Shown here: one piece after another, positions 12,054 to 24,907 of the stretch | Layout: every line of letters begins with the position of its first letter | Position numbering within the stretch: position 1 is the stretch's first letter | Notes under the pieces: generated by a model | What the model was told of the DNA's origin: nothing | The model's database searches: none | The model's input: only the letters and a program-made list of their open reading frames with translations | NCBI RefSeq assembly: GCF_001194135.2 | Contig: NC_068992.1 | Span: 7,091,900 to 7,155,899 of the forward strand | Origin: Octopus bimaculoides | Lineage: Eukaryota | Length of the DNA stretch: 64,000 nucleotides | Direction: 5' to 3' | Program-made: the position numbers and the translations under genes

Positions 12054-12559
12054 TTAAAGGATGATGATGATGATATATATTGCTGTATTTCTTGTTCTTC
12101 TAACTTTAAGAAGGGGAAGGAGGATTTTGGTAATTCAACAGATTTCATTAAGTGATATGAAGTAACTGAGATATCCAATATCATCATTAGAAATAGCCTC
12201 TTTATAGAGGCTATTTCTAATGTACACTGCATTGGCAAACATGCTGAATTTCAAAGATGCATTAGCAAATTGTAATGCATGTTTTTTTCTTTAAGTTTCA
12301 TTTTTTTTTGTTGTTTTTGTTATCAATTTTTGTTTATTTTGGTGAGGTGTGGAGTATTTTTAGTACTCTCTAAAAATTTGAAATTGCTGATTTGCTTTTC
12401 CCCATCATATTTCATGAGGAATCTAAAACAAATGGTAAAGCTTATGCCTTACCGTTATAGAGTTTGTGAGAAAATGTGATATCAACATCATTTGGTAATT
12501 TCTTTTTCCAGTTCTTCTGTATGTCATTCAAATCTCCATATTTTTTATTCTTTTACTTG

Positions 12560-12930
12560 CTTGAGTCATTAGTCTGTGGCCATACTGGAGCACTGCCTTG
12601 GGGCATCTGTAGCCAAATAAATCAACCCCAGGACATAATTTTTTTTAAACCTGGTACTTATTTTATTGGTCTCTTTTGCCAAACTGCTAAATTATGGGGA
12701 TGTGAACACCAACACTGGCTGTCAAGCAGTGGCAGAGGACAAACACAGCCACAGACACACACACTTATATATATGTGATGGGCTTCTTTCAGTTTCCTTC
12801 AACCAAATTCACACATATGGCTTTGGTCAACCTGAGGCTATAGTAGAAATCACTTACCTATGGTACCATGTAGTGGGACTGAACCCAGAACCATGTGGTT
12901 GGGAAGCAATCTTCTTACCACATAGACTGC
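12560..12930 (-). mobile_element. Near full-length CORE-like tRNA SINE (same family as 2947-3100)
   Basis: The minus strand carries the head (ccacatggttctgggttcagtcccactac), the ttgaccaaagcc...gaaactgaaagaagccc body, an internal (TG)n and the 3' extension ending ...atggccacagactaatgactcaag. Further partial copies lie at about 9531-9635, 20105-20330, 22925-23030, 27335-27470, 47705-47810, 49780-49930, 57190-57425 and 59215-59320. Confidence 0.75.
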
Positions 12931-14547
12931 TCGTTCATATACTAAGACCAAACTATCATTATTAGTGGTCTTTCCTTTCAAAACCCCTAACATATACAAA
13001 CAGAGATATTTTTAAATGACCATCATATGAAAGGAAACCAAAACTAATATGTCATGGGCCAACAAAAAAGCCCCTTCATGGTCACTGACTGGACAGAAAA
13101 TATGCTTATGAAGAAACAATAGATCTAGCTTAAGTCAATGAGAGAGAAAGAGAACTAGTACCTGGTCTCTCAACCTGTTAGAAATGATAGCTAAATCTCT
13201 TTCAAATCACACCATAATATCTTTTAAAAAAAGGAATAATTGGATAATATTTTTCTAGGCATGATGGTCATGCTGGAATGTTGTTCATCATAGGTCTACT
13301 CTATCAGAGTGGATTCAATATTATAACAGAAAAAGTAGGTCTAATTTATTCGTGTAAAAATTGAAACTTGCTCTATTTACCCCAATCCACTCAATCTACT
13401 GCTTAAAGCTGGACTGTTTCCAAATGCACTGCCTAAGCTGCACAGTTGCAGATAAGTTCAAAGGATCAAGCCAAAAGTTCAGAAAATACATAGATATTCA
13501 GTATATCAAATATTTCTTCTGAGTTAAATGATTTTTTTTTCCCCTTAAAACAGTTCTGATGCTAGTGTATTTGTTTACTATATGAGCAGGAAACATACCG
13601 ATATCTAAAATATGAGGATAGATTACATTTCTTTTACAATAACTTACTATTCAATATCCTGTCTGACAAGAAATCACTCATATTGTGATGGAATCAGAAG
13701 GGAAGAGCATATCAAGGATTATTTTCGAAAATTCTTTTGTGATGTACACAAATATATTCATATAGATTGTTGTTTGAAGTGCACAATTTTTGTCGGAATA
13801 TCTTCAAACTTATATGTATCATTAAATTCTGTTTTTCTCCAGTAAGCATACTCAAAAGCAATTATTCATGTACCGTTGATATATTTGAACAACATTTTAT
13901 CACTATTTTTACACTTTCTATCACCCTCGTTTCACTGATATCTCTCTACCGCCATGACTATCTACCACCATCAGCAACACCCCTTCATGTCAGTTCGACT
14001 GATTTCTCAGTTCCCGATTTGTTCAATAATTTTCTTTTTATTCTATTTTGATTAGCATCGTATCTCACTTTGACTTCTCTGCCCCTAGAATAATAAATTC
14101 TGACTTTTTGCTCTGCATATTTGATTTCCTTGGTGAAATTTATAGCCTTGTACTCCAGCCTGAGCTGATCCATAGGAAACTTTTCCAATTACCAACTTTG
14201 CAATTTTCACTAGAGTTTTAGTAATTTTCTCTTGTTGTTGTTGTTTAGCCCAGGTCAGCCCCCATCAATAACACCTATGATAAAAGATGTTCCAAACTTG
14301 ACAGTCCCATTTTTCTATATAGAAGATGGCATTGTTTAATACACCCTTACTTTCATCTAAGAGTGTGGTTTGAAGGAGATTTGGCTACTGTTTCTAACAG
14401 TTTAAATGACCACATTATTAGTTGATAGTTTGAGTTGGCTGACAACACTCCCTTGCAAAATCTTCTTCATATTTCACCATCTCAAATCAAATATTTGCCT
14501 TTACTGTATGAAACCTTACTTAATTGGAGTTAAAGAAAAGCTTTGAA

Positions 14548-14597
<50 letters not shown>

Positions 14598-16249
14598 CGA
14601 AATTATTGTGTATAGTGCACTACAACTAAGCCACGTGCCTCCACATTTGTTTTCCATAAGTGAAGTGATAAGAATAAAATATATTATCTTTATGAATTTA
14701 TTCAATTAAAATTTTCTTTTATTTCAACCTATAGAGCCTTGGTATTTGTGCATGGCTGCTATTTCAATCTGCTCGACTCTCTTCAGTAGAGAATAACCAA
14801 GGACATCAGTCTACAAACTATATTTCATTACATAAAATTATTTACTTTCGTTTAGAGGAAAGATAAGGGGAAATGTGTAACAAAGTCGTTTCACAAGAAG
14901 GACGTGGGAAGTCGTTCTTGTTCGTATCATTAGATGTGTGAGAAAAGAGAGAGTGAGGGGGTGAGGAGTGAGTTTAATTTGAAATTTACATACATATTGA
15001 AATATTGTTCAGAATAATCCCTATTAAGTTTCTTTCCAATGAAAATAATTAATGCAGTTATTTTTGAAATTACATATGCAGTTATATTGTAGGCCATCTG
15101 CAGTTGTGCTGTTATAAGATATTTAATTCCAGCCATTTCCAGTGGTGTGTTTAAATATGTGTTTTCATATATATCTACCTATCTATTCAGATTTCTATCT
15201 ATCTATCTATCTTGTGTGTGTGTGTCTGTCTGTGCGTGTGTGTGTGCACACATGCATATTTGTGCGTACTTAGTCACTTAAATATATTCAGAAATAATAT
15301 CAATCAAAATGTAATGAGAGAGAAAAAGTCACAAAATTGATGAGTTATTAAGTTGGAAAACTCACTCTACTTCAACAATAATTTGAAATATATATTTTCT
15401 GCATGGTAACTTGAAAATAAATTTAGTTATTATGATATTTATAATTTATGGCTTGAAGGGCAGTGGATCGGCAGAACTGTCAGTTTGCAGTATTTTTTTT
15501 TTTATGTGTGTCTTTACACTCTGAGTTCAAATCACACCAAGAGCAATATTGACTTTTATTCTTACAGAACTGATAAAGTAAAGTGCCAGTCAAGTATTGA
15601 GGATTCATGTAATAGTTTAAAAAACATTGCAAAACATTTGACTCAATGCAATATGAATATAAAAGCACCTGTACGGTGCCATGTAAAAGCACTCAATACA
15701 CTCTGTAAAGTGTTTGGTGTTAGGAAGGGCATCCAACCATAGAAACCCTGCCAAATCAGACTGATGATGATGATACATGAAGCTTCCAGTTTGTGAAAAT
15801 ATTGGTCATGATTATTTCCTGTGTTTGGGTCTGGTTTTGCTGCTTCAGATTCTCACTGAAGATGTTTGAAGTCTAAACCAATTTGTCATGAAGAATTTGT
15901 TGCTGCAGATATAATCAATTTGCTTATCCTTTTTTTTTCTTATCTTAGTCAACAAAGACACATAGTTGGCCTTCTTGTGTGATGAAACGGTAGTAAGCAA
16001 CATTAATGACTGCCTTTTGATAATGTTCCCTGCTGCTGCTGCTGCTGCTATATAGTCTCCTACTGCCTGCTTTTTTAGGGATGTTTTTTTTTTATTTTTC
16101 ATAATTAACTCTGTGTAATCTTCTGTTGTTTTTACAATTTGTTTGTATAATGTCTGTTTCATCCATTGTCCTTGTAACAATAAAATGAATCATTGTTCTT
16201 ATTCATTTTCATTTTCATTTCATTTCACATCTGTTTTTTTTTCTCATGG

Positions 16250-16460
16250 CAAAACTTTTAGCATGCTGGGAAAAATGTTTAGTAGTATTTCATCCATCTT
16301 TATGTTCTAAGTTCAAATACTGCCATGGTCAACTTTACCTCACATCCTTACAGGCTTGATAAAATTAGTACCAGTTGAGCACTGGGGTTGGTCTAATTGA
16401 CTTAACCCCCCCCCCCACACACACACACGAAATTGCTGGCCCTGTGCCAAAATTTCAAAC

Positions 16461-16495
<35 letters not shown>

Positions 16496-16625
16496 TTATT
16501 ATTATTATGGCAGCAAGCCAGCTGAGTGGCTAGCATGCCAGGCTGAATGTTTGGTGGCATTTCATCCATGTTTATGTTCTGAGTTCAAATTCTGCTGAGG
16601 TCAACTTTGTCTTTCATCTTTATTG
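16250..16625 (+). mobile_element. Two head-to-tail copies of a second tRNA SINE family (OR1/Meta-like by recall) separated by a (TTA)n tail
   Basis: Both carry gttct(a/g)agttcaaat...ggtcaacttt...tcatc. The first ends ggccctgtgccaaaatttcaaacc followed by (att)n at 16463-16507, then the second head starts tggcagcaagcc. Confidence 0.7.
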
Positions 16626-17478
16626 ACCCCTGAAAAAATGAAATGCAAAGCCCTATGGTTTCTGTCACTTTCTGGGTATCTCTCTGTTTACTCTGTACAA
16701 GATAACTTTTCAACACCCATTATCACAGTACCAACAGTGTCTTCCATGTTTAGTTATCCTCTGCCATCTTCCCTCCTTGCAGATAGAGTTGGTCAATAAT
16801 ACACTTGGGATAACATGCATTCACAAAGCTTTGATTAACCTAAAGCCAAAGTACAGAGCAGGGGATAGAAACTACAATGACATTGTTATGAAATAAACTT
16901 CTTAACCAAATAACAATACTTTGGAAAAGGAATGAATATTTCAACAATCGGTACCCACTGCACAACCTATGAATCTAAAGATTTGTACCTTGTCAAAATA
17001 AATCAATATTATGCTTTTCCTAATATATATTAGCCAAAAGGAGTGGTATTCTTAGTTAATATGAAATAATCTAAAACAGAACATGCTATCCAAAAATAGA
17101 TGTTTCCATGAGTTTTAGTTGCTTTTAATTTGCATTTTTGTTGATATTTTTTAAATAAATCAAGTTTGAAAAATGCTCTTTCTAAAAATAGTTACTCAAT
17201 AATTCAAATATACTGACTTATAAAAAATTTAGTGAGATTCACTAATAATAGAATTTTGTTATCAAGAAGCAACCTGCAATTTTGGAAAGATAAGGATAAT
17301 AAATTTTGTATGTTTTTATGTTAATATGTAATTTAAAACTTGGGTAAATCTTACTAATGTTGATGTGATGATATTTAATATTAAACTAATCCACATGTAA
17401 CGCATTTAAATTAAACATGGTGTCTATAATATATAGCTTCTGCTCACCTGCCCAGAAAAATTTCAGAAATGTGCATTA

Positions 17479-17519
<41 letters not shown>

Positions 17520-17528
17520 TTGGAAAGT

Positions 17529-17582
<54 letters not shown>

Positions 17583-18584
17583 ACACACAATGACTTTCCA
17601 AAACATAAATCAATAAAACTTTGTTACAGAAATCTAAATTGGAAACAAAAATTCATTTTGTTTTTATTTCAAATCCTCTTATCTTTTGCATCAAGAGCCA
17701 CAGGCCACAGAGATAAAAATATAATACTTTTACTGCAAGTGAAGATTTTTGAAGAGGTCACTCTTCTAAAAGACCTCTTACAAAATGGTACAAATTTTTA
17801 TTCTTAAAAACTATAATATGTTATAAAACTAAATATTAATCTAGATTGTTCTAATCCTACATTTTCAGTAGAAATGAGGATAAATTATAACTGAAGTAAT
17901 CTTTATCATATTTGAAATATTTTTTAATGTAAAGTGTTTGGAGAGCAGTTGAGGATTTTTGGCTTTAAAACACATAAAATAAAGAGCAGAAGGTAGAATG
18001 TTTCAATGTTGACAAGACTTTTCAAATCAAAGCACTTTGAAGTCTAGTAGACTTAAAATAATTGACAAGTTTTATGACTTAAGACCTATCAATAGAATGT
18101 GTCTTTAATGAGTAAAGAGATTATCTTGGAACAAAATGGTGACAGTTTTCATATTTGTATTCAAACGTCTCAGCTTGAATATAAATCAATAAAGAGGAAA
18201 GTGAATGTGAACTTCATTACTCATGTCTTTGATTGTTTCATGTCACACTTAGTAATCAAATCAATGAATTCATTAGTGCTACTAAGGCATCACTATAGCC
18301 ATAAAAACAAGGAATTACACAGAGTTCAATATATATATATGGTCTTTTAAGGTGCCATAGAGCCTGATATGATATAAATTGAAAGAAAAATGTATTTCTG
18401 AATTTGTACCATACGGGCATTTGTACATATTCTAAAAGATTAGAATATCTTGGAAGTCATCTGTTATAGTCTTCTCATATGTCTTGGAACTACTAAATAC
18501 ATCCAAGAACTGCTGTTTTAAAGACTATGATTTTTGGCTTATTTTTCCCAGATATTTCTCAATTTTTCTATCAGTTTTTATTTA

Positions 18585-19370
18585 TTTGCTCTGCCAAAGA
18601 AGGAGGTTATGTTTTCATTGCCGTTGGTTTGTCCGTCTGTGTGCAAAATAACTCAAAAAGTCGTGAACAGTATTTGATAAAACAGGAAAAGTTGGTAATG
18701 ACACAAGGAACAGATGATGAAATTTTCGTAGTGATCCGGGAATTTTTATGGAATCTTGAAGGATTTTTCATTTGTTATATTTACTTTACATGAAGAATTA
18801 CAGTGTTATGTTCTTTGATTATCTCCCTTGAAAAGACATCGTTTCCATGCAACCTATGGTGGCGTTGCTGTTTAGAGACAGTGTTGATGATGACGATGGT
18901 CGAAATAAGTATGGGAGGAGGATGAAATAGTATCGATGGTTATAATGGTGAGAGGAGCGGTGTGATGTGTGATGCTGAGGTGATGGTGGTAATAGTGGTG
19001 TTGATGATAGTGTTAGGTGTGTGGTGGTGGTATTGCAGTGGTTATACTGGTTGTAGTGGTGAAAGTGACTGTCAAGGTAACCGTCAGGATAACATTGATG
19101 GCGGTGTATGTGGTTGAAGTGGAAGCAATAACAATGCTGCTGATGATGCTGGCGGTTGTGAACTGCTTCAGATGATTCCAGTTTTTAAAGGGTTTTTTTT
19201 TTTTTTTTCTTAAAATCATATGGGTGTGTTATTTTTTTTTACCCCCGCCAAGGAGGTTATGTTTTTGCCGGCGTTGGTTTGGGAAATTGGACAATTTTCA
19301 GCACGCCTGTATATGGGTGGAAAGGAGCTGCTTGGCGGAGGTCTGCGCTCTCTGAGGGCTTCTCTAGTTT
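18585..19370 (+). mobile_element. Helentron-associated (HINE/DINE-1-like) non-autonomous rolling-circle element; short intact unit at 19239-19370 plus an older upstream 5' end
   Basis: Subterminal inverted repeats acccccgccaag (19241-19252) and cttggcggaggt (19331-19342), a 3' mini-hairpin gctctc-t-gagggc, and T-rich flanks. A second 5' end, ctgccaaagaaggaggttatgttttc, is at 18591. Architecture matches published HINE structure (from memory). Confidence 0.6.
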
Positions 19371-20711
19371 ATAGATCTATTTATTTATTGTGTCTTTTGC
19401 TATCATTGTCTTTAGACAGTTTTGTTTGTTAGAGTAATGTCTAGGTTTCTGATTCCTTAATTAAATTGCAATTGGATCCACTTTGGCACTTCTCATTGGT
19501 CATGCAATGCTAACATACTGGATTTACTTTTTACTGCTTAATATGAAGTTCTTTAAAAACTCTTTTGTACATTTGTGCATCCAGAAATTTGTTCATTCAG
19601 AATGATGAAATATAATATTAGGCCACATGATAAAGTGGACACTGCTTAGTTAAAAGCACCAAGAGGCTAGATGAAGGTTTTAAAACCAGGTGATAGATTA
19701 GAGTTTATCTTGCCAAAAGAGAGTAAAATCACTTCCAGCTTCAATCAGGATTCCTTCATTTGTTTGAATTTAGACTACAGAATTGGATCTATAAGCAGAA
19801 AATTTGGCAACAAGTTATTTCATTCTCTCTAACCTTACACTGTTGTTCATTCATAGCAAAGTTTATGTATTTCAGACTCTAATGATGTTAAGATTTTGGT
19901 TTCTTTTCCATCAACAATTTTGATCAGCTGCCAATTATGTGTGCTGCGTATTTGTTCTTGGACTTGTAATGTTTAGAGTACATTTCTTAATCCATTCTTT
20001 ACTGTTAAGGTAAGCATTATGTTGTAAAAATTCTTATTCCAAAAACATTGACTTACAACATACACAAATATACATGTATATATATGTGTGTGTGTGTGTG
20101 ATTCTTTTATTTTTTACTTGTTTCTGTCAGTAGACTGCAGCCATGCTAAGGGACTGTCTTCAAGAATTTTTAGCCAAATGTATTGATGCCAGTACTTTTT
20201 TACTTTAAGCCTGATAATTATTTTATTGATCTCTTTTGCCAAACTGCTAAGTTATGAGGACATAAACACATCAGCACCAGTTGTCAAACAGTGATGGGGA
20301 CAAACACAGACACAAAGACACACATATGAATATATGTGTGTGTGTGTATATATATATATATATACACACACAGAAATCACAATACACAGATACTGTTTTG
20401 GGCTGAGTGGGGGTGCTAGATTCCCTTGTTTGAAAATGTAAGGACACAGATCGTGTCATATAGCAAGCTTGAGATGATGTCTCCTGGGGCTAAATTACAG
20501 CAACATTAGTCCTAAACCAGGACTGCCAAGTTATGTTGGCAAACAATCTTTACTACAACATCAGAACAGTTTGGAAGTTTTAAACCTAAAAGGTAAATAG
20601 AATGTGTGATCATATTTTGAACAGTCTTAAATATCTAAAACCCCTTGTCATATTGCTATCAGCAAACAATATTATTTAAAATACACACACAAATACATAT
20701 ATATACATACA

Positions 20712-20761
<50 letters not shown>

Positions 20762-20819
20762 AATACATGCACACATTAGTAACTGTACAACATATAACTA
20801 ATAGCTTTCCTAGATTTGA

Positions 20820-20993
20820 TTTTATAAAATGTTTATAGCTATTTAACTATTTTCTGGCAATGATGAAAATAGAATCACTGGGGATTTTTTTAACTATTTA
20901 ATATTATCAAATATTGATTTCTTTTAAAATCTTATCTAATATCGATATCTTACATAAAATTCAAATATCTAATGTAAAGGAAATATTCCAATA
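20820..20993 (+). repeat. Left arm of a long inverted repeat pair (partner 24736-24907); runs into a gap
   Basis: The first 44 bp (ttttataaaatgtttatagctatttaactattttctggcaatga) match the partner's reverse complement exactly; roughly 85-90% overall by eye. Confidence 0.85.
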
Positions 20994-21717
20994 NNNNNNN
21001 NNNNNNNNNNNNNNNNNNNNNNNNNNNNNNNNNNNNNNNNNNNNNNNNNNNNNNNNNNNNNNNNNNNNNNNNNNNNNNNNNNNNNNNNNNNNNNNNNNNN
21101 NNNNNNNNNNNNNNNNNNNNNNNNNNNNNNNNNNNNNNNNNNNNNNNNNNNNNNNNNNNNNNNNNNNNNNNNNNNNNNNNNNNNNNNNNNNNNNNNNNNN
21201 NNNNNNNNNNNNNNNNNNNNNNNNNNNNNNNNNNNNNNNNNNNNNNNNNNNNNNNNNNNNNNNNNNNNNNNNNNNNNNNNNNNNNNNNNNNNNNNNNNNN
21301 NNNNNNNNNNNNNNNNNNNNNNNNNNNNNNNNNNNNNNNNNNNNNNNNNNNNNNNNNNNNNNNNNNNNNNNNNNNNNNNNNNNNNNNNNNNNNNNNNNNN
21401 NNNNNNNNNNNNNNNNNNNNNNNNNNNNNNNNNNNNNNNNNNNNNNNNNNNNNNNNNNNNNNNNNNNNNNNNNNNNNNNNNNNNNNNNNNNNNNNNNNNN
21501 NNNNNNNNNNNNNNNNNNNNNNNNNNNNNNNNNNNNNNNNNNNNNNNNNNNNNNNNNNNNNNNNNNNNNNNNNNNNNNNNNNNNNNNNNNNNNNNNNNNN
21601 NNNNNNNNNNNNNNNNNNNNNNNNNNNNNNNNNNNNNNNNNNNNNNNNNNNNNNNNNNNNNNNNNNNNNNNNNNNNNNNNNNNNNNNNNNNNNNNNNNNN
21701 NNNNNNNNNNNNNNNNN
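20994..21717. other. Assembly gap (724 N)
   Basis: Run of N. The poly-X ORFs over it are artefacts. Confidence 0.99.
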
Positions 21718-21825
21718 CACGCACTGGTTCAGTCCTTTATTAATTTATATAGTTTTTTGTTAAATTATTTCATTGCACTCTTGCAATCTCTTCAGTAACT
21801 TAATAAAGGACTGAACCAGTGCGTG
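21718..21825. repeat. Inverted repeat, 26-bp perfect arms, left arm truncated by the gap
   Basis: cacgcactggttcagtcctttattaa (21718-21743) vs ttaataaaggactgaaccagtgcgtg (21800-21825). Confidence 0.85.
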
Positions 21826-22031
21826 AGTTTATTACCGGCATAATGCCTCTCCCAAGGTTTAATTGTATTTCTTTCAACACACGTATCCACATCAAGAATC
21901 TTGCACACGAAATACACATACGAAATATGTATATATGTACATATATATATATGTATATATGTTTGTATGTATATATGTATGTATATATGTATGCCTATAT
22001 ATATGTTTGTATATATGTACATATATATATA

Positions 22032-22073
<42 letters not shown>

Positions 22074-22083
22074 NNNNNNNNNN

Positions 22084-22124
<41 letters not shown>

Positions 22125-22836
22125 TATGTATATATGTACATATATATATATATGTGTGTGTGTATACATGTATGCACATATATATGAATGCATATATAAA
22201 TATGCATAGAATTGTATATATATGTATACGCATATGTGTGAGTGCACATATCTACATAGATATAAGCATACATACATATATATATACACACACACACACA
22301 CATGTATTCTTTAATTGCAACAAACATAGGAAACCAACAAATTTTTAAAAGTAAAGAGCTAAAAGTACATAAAAATAAAACCTAAAATTGCATAATATTG
22401 ATGAGGAGAAGGGTAGTGGGGTGGATTTCATTGAAGGAAATACCTGGGATGTTATAGGAAGGACATATTTAAAATTAATAGGAGGAATTAAATAACATAA
22501 ATAAGATTTTTAAAAATTAGAAAACAAACAGAAATAGTCATTGGGAAAAAAAGGTTGTTGGTAATTGCAAACTCATACAGTATGAAATTTAAAATAGGAT
22601 ACATTTAAATTGTAGAGGAAAAGGGAAATAATTTTGAACTGCATTCATATAGATCTAAGATAAAAATGAAGATATTAATTGGAAATAAATAGAAAATTAT
22701 AAAAGGGTTGAAAATTATGTATACACGTGTATGAACATACAGCATCAAAAGCGTATATGTGTGTAAGGTTATACATGTGAAATATATGTGTGTATTAGTT
22801 AATATATTATATATATTTATACTATATATTTATATT

Positions 22837-22878
<42 letters not shown>

Positions 22879-23047
22879 TTTATATAGTGTAAATATATTA
22901 TATAATGCATCATATGCAATTATTTATACCATGCAAGGAACGTGAAGAGAGCACAGCATAAAGACGGAAAGTCACGGTGGTGCTCCAGCATGACCACAGC
23001 CACTTGGCTGAAACCCATAAATAAATAAAGAAAGAAATAAAAAAATA

Positions 23048-23078
<31 letters not shown>

Positions 23079-23103
23079 CATTGTTATAGATATATGTAGA
23101 GAA

Positions 23104-23370
23104 GCAAACTTTGATCCCTTGTTTAAAATAAAACCCCTTATCAATTGCATTCAAAATGCATATAACACATTGTACAAATCAGGAAGATATTTATTTATTG
23201 ATGAGCATTTTTCCGACAGTACATGCCTGGAAAAACAGCAAAATGGGGGATCAAAATTTGGAAGATTTGTGAAGCAATACCAGGTATTGCTGTGGGTTCA
23301 ATTTCATGTGGGGAAAAGGGACAATAATTGAAGCCAGCATGGCCTAGGCTATGATGTGGTCTAGAATTTA
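23104..23370 (+). pseudogene. piggyBac (PGBD-like) transposase fragment, frameshifted
   Basis: Joining frames gives ANFDPLFKIKPLINCIQNAYNTLYKSGRYLFIDE / FRQYMPGKTAKWGIKIWKICE / NTRYCCGFNF..GK / SQHGLGYDVV*NL. This matches the piggyBac motifs DPLFKIRP, IDE (first catalytic D), QYMPxKPxKWGIKxW and GLGxxVV. Confidence 0.85.
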
Positions 23371-23374
23371 AAAT

Positions 23375-24329
23375 ACTCAGTTGAGAGAAAATTTGGGCAT
23401 AAGAGGCATCAGATGTGGTGTGCAAGAGAGGCAAATGCACTGGTATGGTCATGTGATACATATGGATGAGGACAGCTGTGTAAAGAAGTGCTGATTCCTA
23501 ACTGTGGAGGGAAGCTGTGGAAGAGGTAGACCCGAGAGGACATGGGATGAGGTGATGAAGCATGATCTTCAAACTTTGGGCCTCACAGAAGTAATAACTA
23601 TTGACTGAGATCTTTAGCGATATACTGTGCTTAAGAAGACCCATCAAGCCAAGTGAAATCGTCCTCATGGCTGATGCTGGTGTCATGTAACTGATACTTG
23701 TGCTGGTGGCACGTAAAAAGAACCTTTCAAGTGTTGAGCCTCACAGAGGTAAAGTGGTTGAGCTCCTTTCGAATGTTGGGCCTCACAGAGGCAAAGTGAT
23801 TGAGCTCCTTTTGAGTGCTGGGCCCTCACAGAGGCAATGACTGAGACTCTTGGCATTACGTTGTGCTTGAGAAGAAGACCCATCAAGCCAAGTAAAATCA
23901 CACACATGACAGATAGCAGTGGCATGCAAATGGCACCTGTACTGGTGGCACATAAAAGCACTTTTCAAGTATTGGGCTTCGCAGAGTCAAGGACCGAGAC
24001 CATCTGACATCATGCCAGGCTTCGAGCAAAGGGCCTCACAGAAGCAATGACCAAGTCCATTTGGCATTATGCTGTGCTTGAGTAGAAGACCCATCAAGCC
24101 AAGTACAACTGCAGTCATGGCAGATACCAGTGTCACGCAAATGGTACTTGTGCTAGTGGCGTGTAAAAGCACCCATTGCACTCTCGGAGTGGTTGGCATC
24201 AGGAAGGGCATCCAGCCGTAGAAAACCATTCCAAAACAGACTGGAGTCTGGTGCAGCCTTCCAGCTTGCTAACATTGGTCAAACCGTCCAACTTATGTCA
24301 ACATAGACAATGAATGTTATGATGATGAT
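23375..24329 (+). mobile_element. 5'-truncated RTE-clade LINE: RT C-terminus, repetitive 3' UTR, (GAT)n tail
   Basis: QLRENLGIRGIRCGVQERQMHWYGHVIHMDEDSCVKKC*FLTVEGSCGRGRPERTWDEVMKHDLQTLGL matches RTE motifs WYGHVxRM and GRGRPxxTW. It is followed by three ~220-240 bp units sharing agaagacccatcaagccaagt and the standard terminal sequence ending gatgatgat. Confidence 0.85.
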
Positions 24330-24735
24330 TATATATATATATGCAGTCATTTACACATGTGCACACATTCACATACACAATATATACATATGTGTGTGTG
24401 TATATATATACATGTATATACACACACACATACATAAGAATATGCATCTTTTTGTGCGCATTTATGTATAAGTACACACAGAGACATACCTATATATGTT
24501 TAAATGTATGTACATATATAGATAGATATATATACATATGTGTATATATAAATATGCATATGTGTGCGTGTGTGTATACATACACTCATGTATGTATATA
24601 AACATATGCATATGTTTACATACATACATGAGTGTGTGTGTGTACGTGTGTGTATATATGTTCTTTTTTCAATTGTCACAATTTCCATTTTACATTAATA
24701 TACTGCATAATTTTACGAAAGTGAAGTTATTTGCT

Positions 24736-24907
24736 TATTGGAATATTTCCTCTGCATTAGATATTGAAATATGATGTAAGATATCGATAATAGATAAAAT
24801 TTTAAAAGAAATCAATATTTGATAACATTAAATTGCTGAAAAATATCACTGATTCTATTTTCCTCATTGCCAGAAAATAGTTAAATAGCTATAAACATTT
24901 TATAAAA
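24736..24907 (-). repeat. Right arm of the long inverted repeat pair (partner 20820-20993)
   Basis: tattggaatatttcctctgcattagatatt...gatatcgata...aaaagaaatcaatatttgataa...gccagaaaatagttaaatagctataaacattttataaaa is the reverse complement of the left arm. Confidence 0.85.

Noticed and set aside
13612-14188. Non-repetitive stretch with three short ORFs and a minus-strand gtaagt donor near 13645
   Set aside because: All frames of the implied exon contain stops and no family motif was recognisable.
15845-16180. 111-aa minus-strand ORF with poly-Ala and Lys runs
   Set aside because: Built from (GCA)n and poly-A runs, with no recognisable domain or convincing splice signals.
20914-21798. Longest ORFs in the track (250-294 aa)
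   Set aside because: Almost entirely X from the 724-N gap.
21792-22348. Several overlapping 100-170 aa ORFs rich in YI/CV/HT
   Set aside because: Translations of (TA)n/(TG)n/(CA)n repeats; the same applies to 3993-4431, 24341-24774 and 45932-46476.
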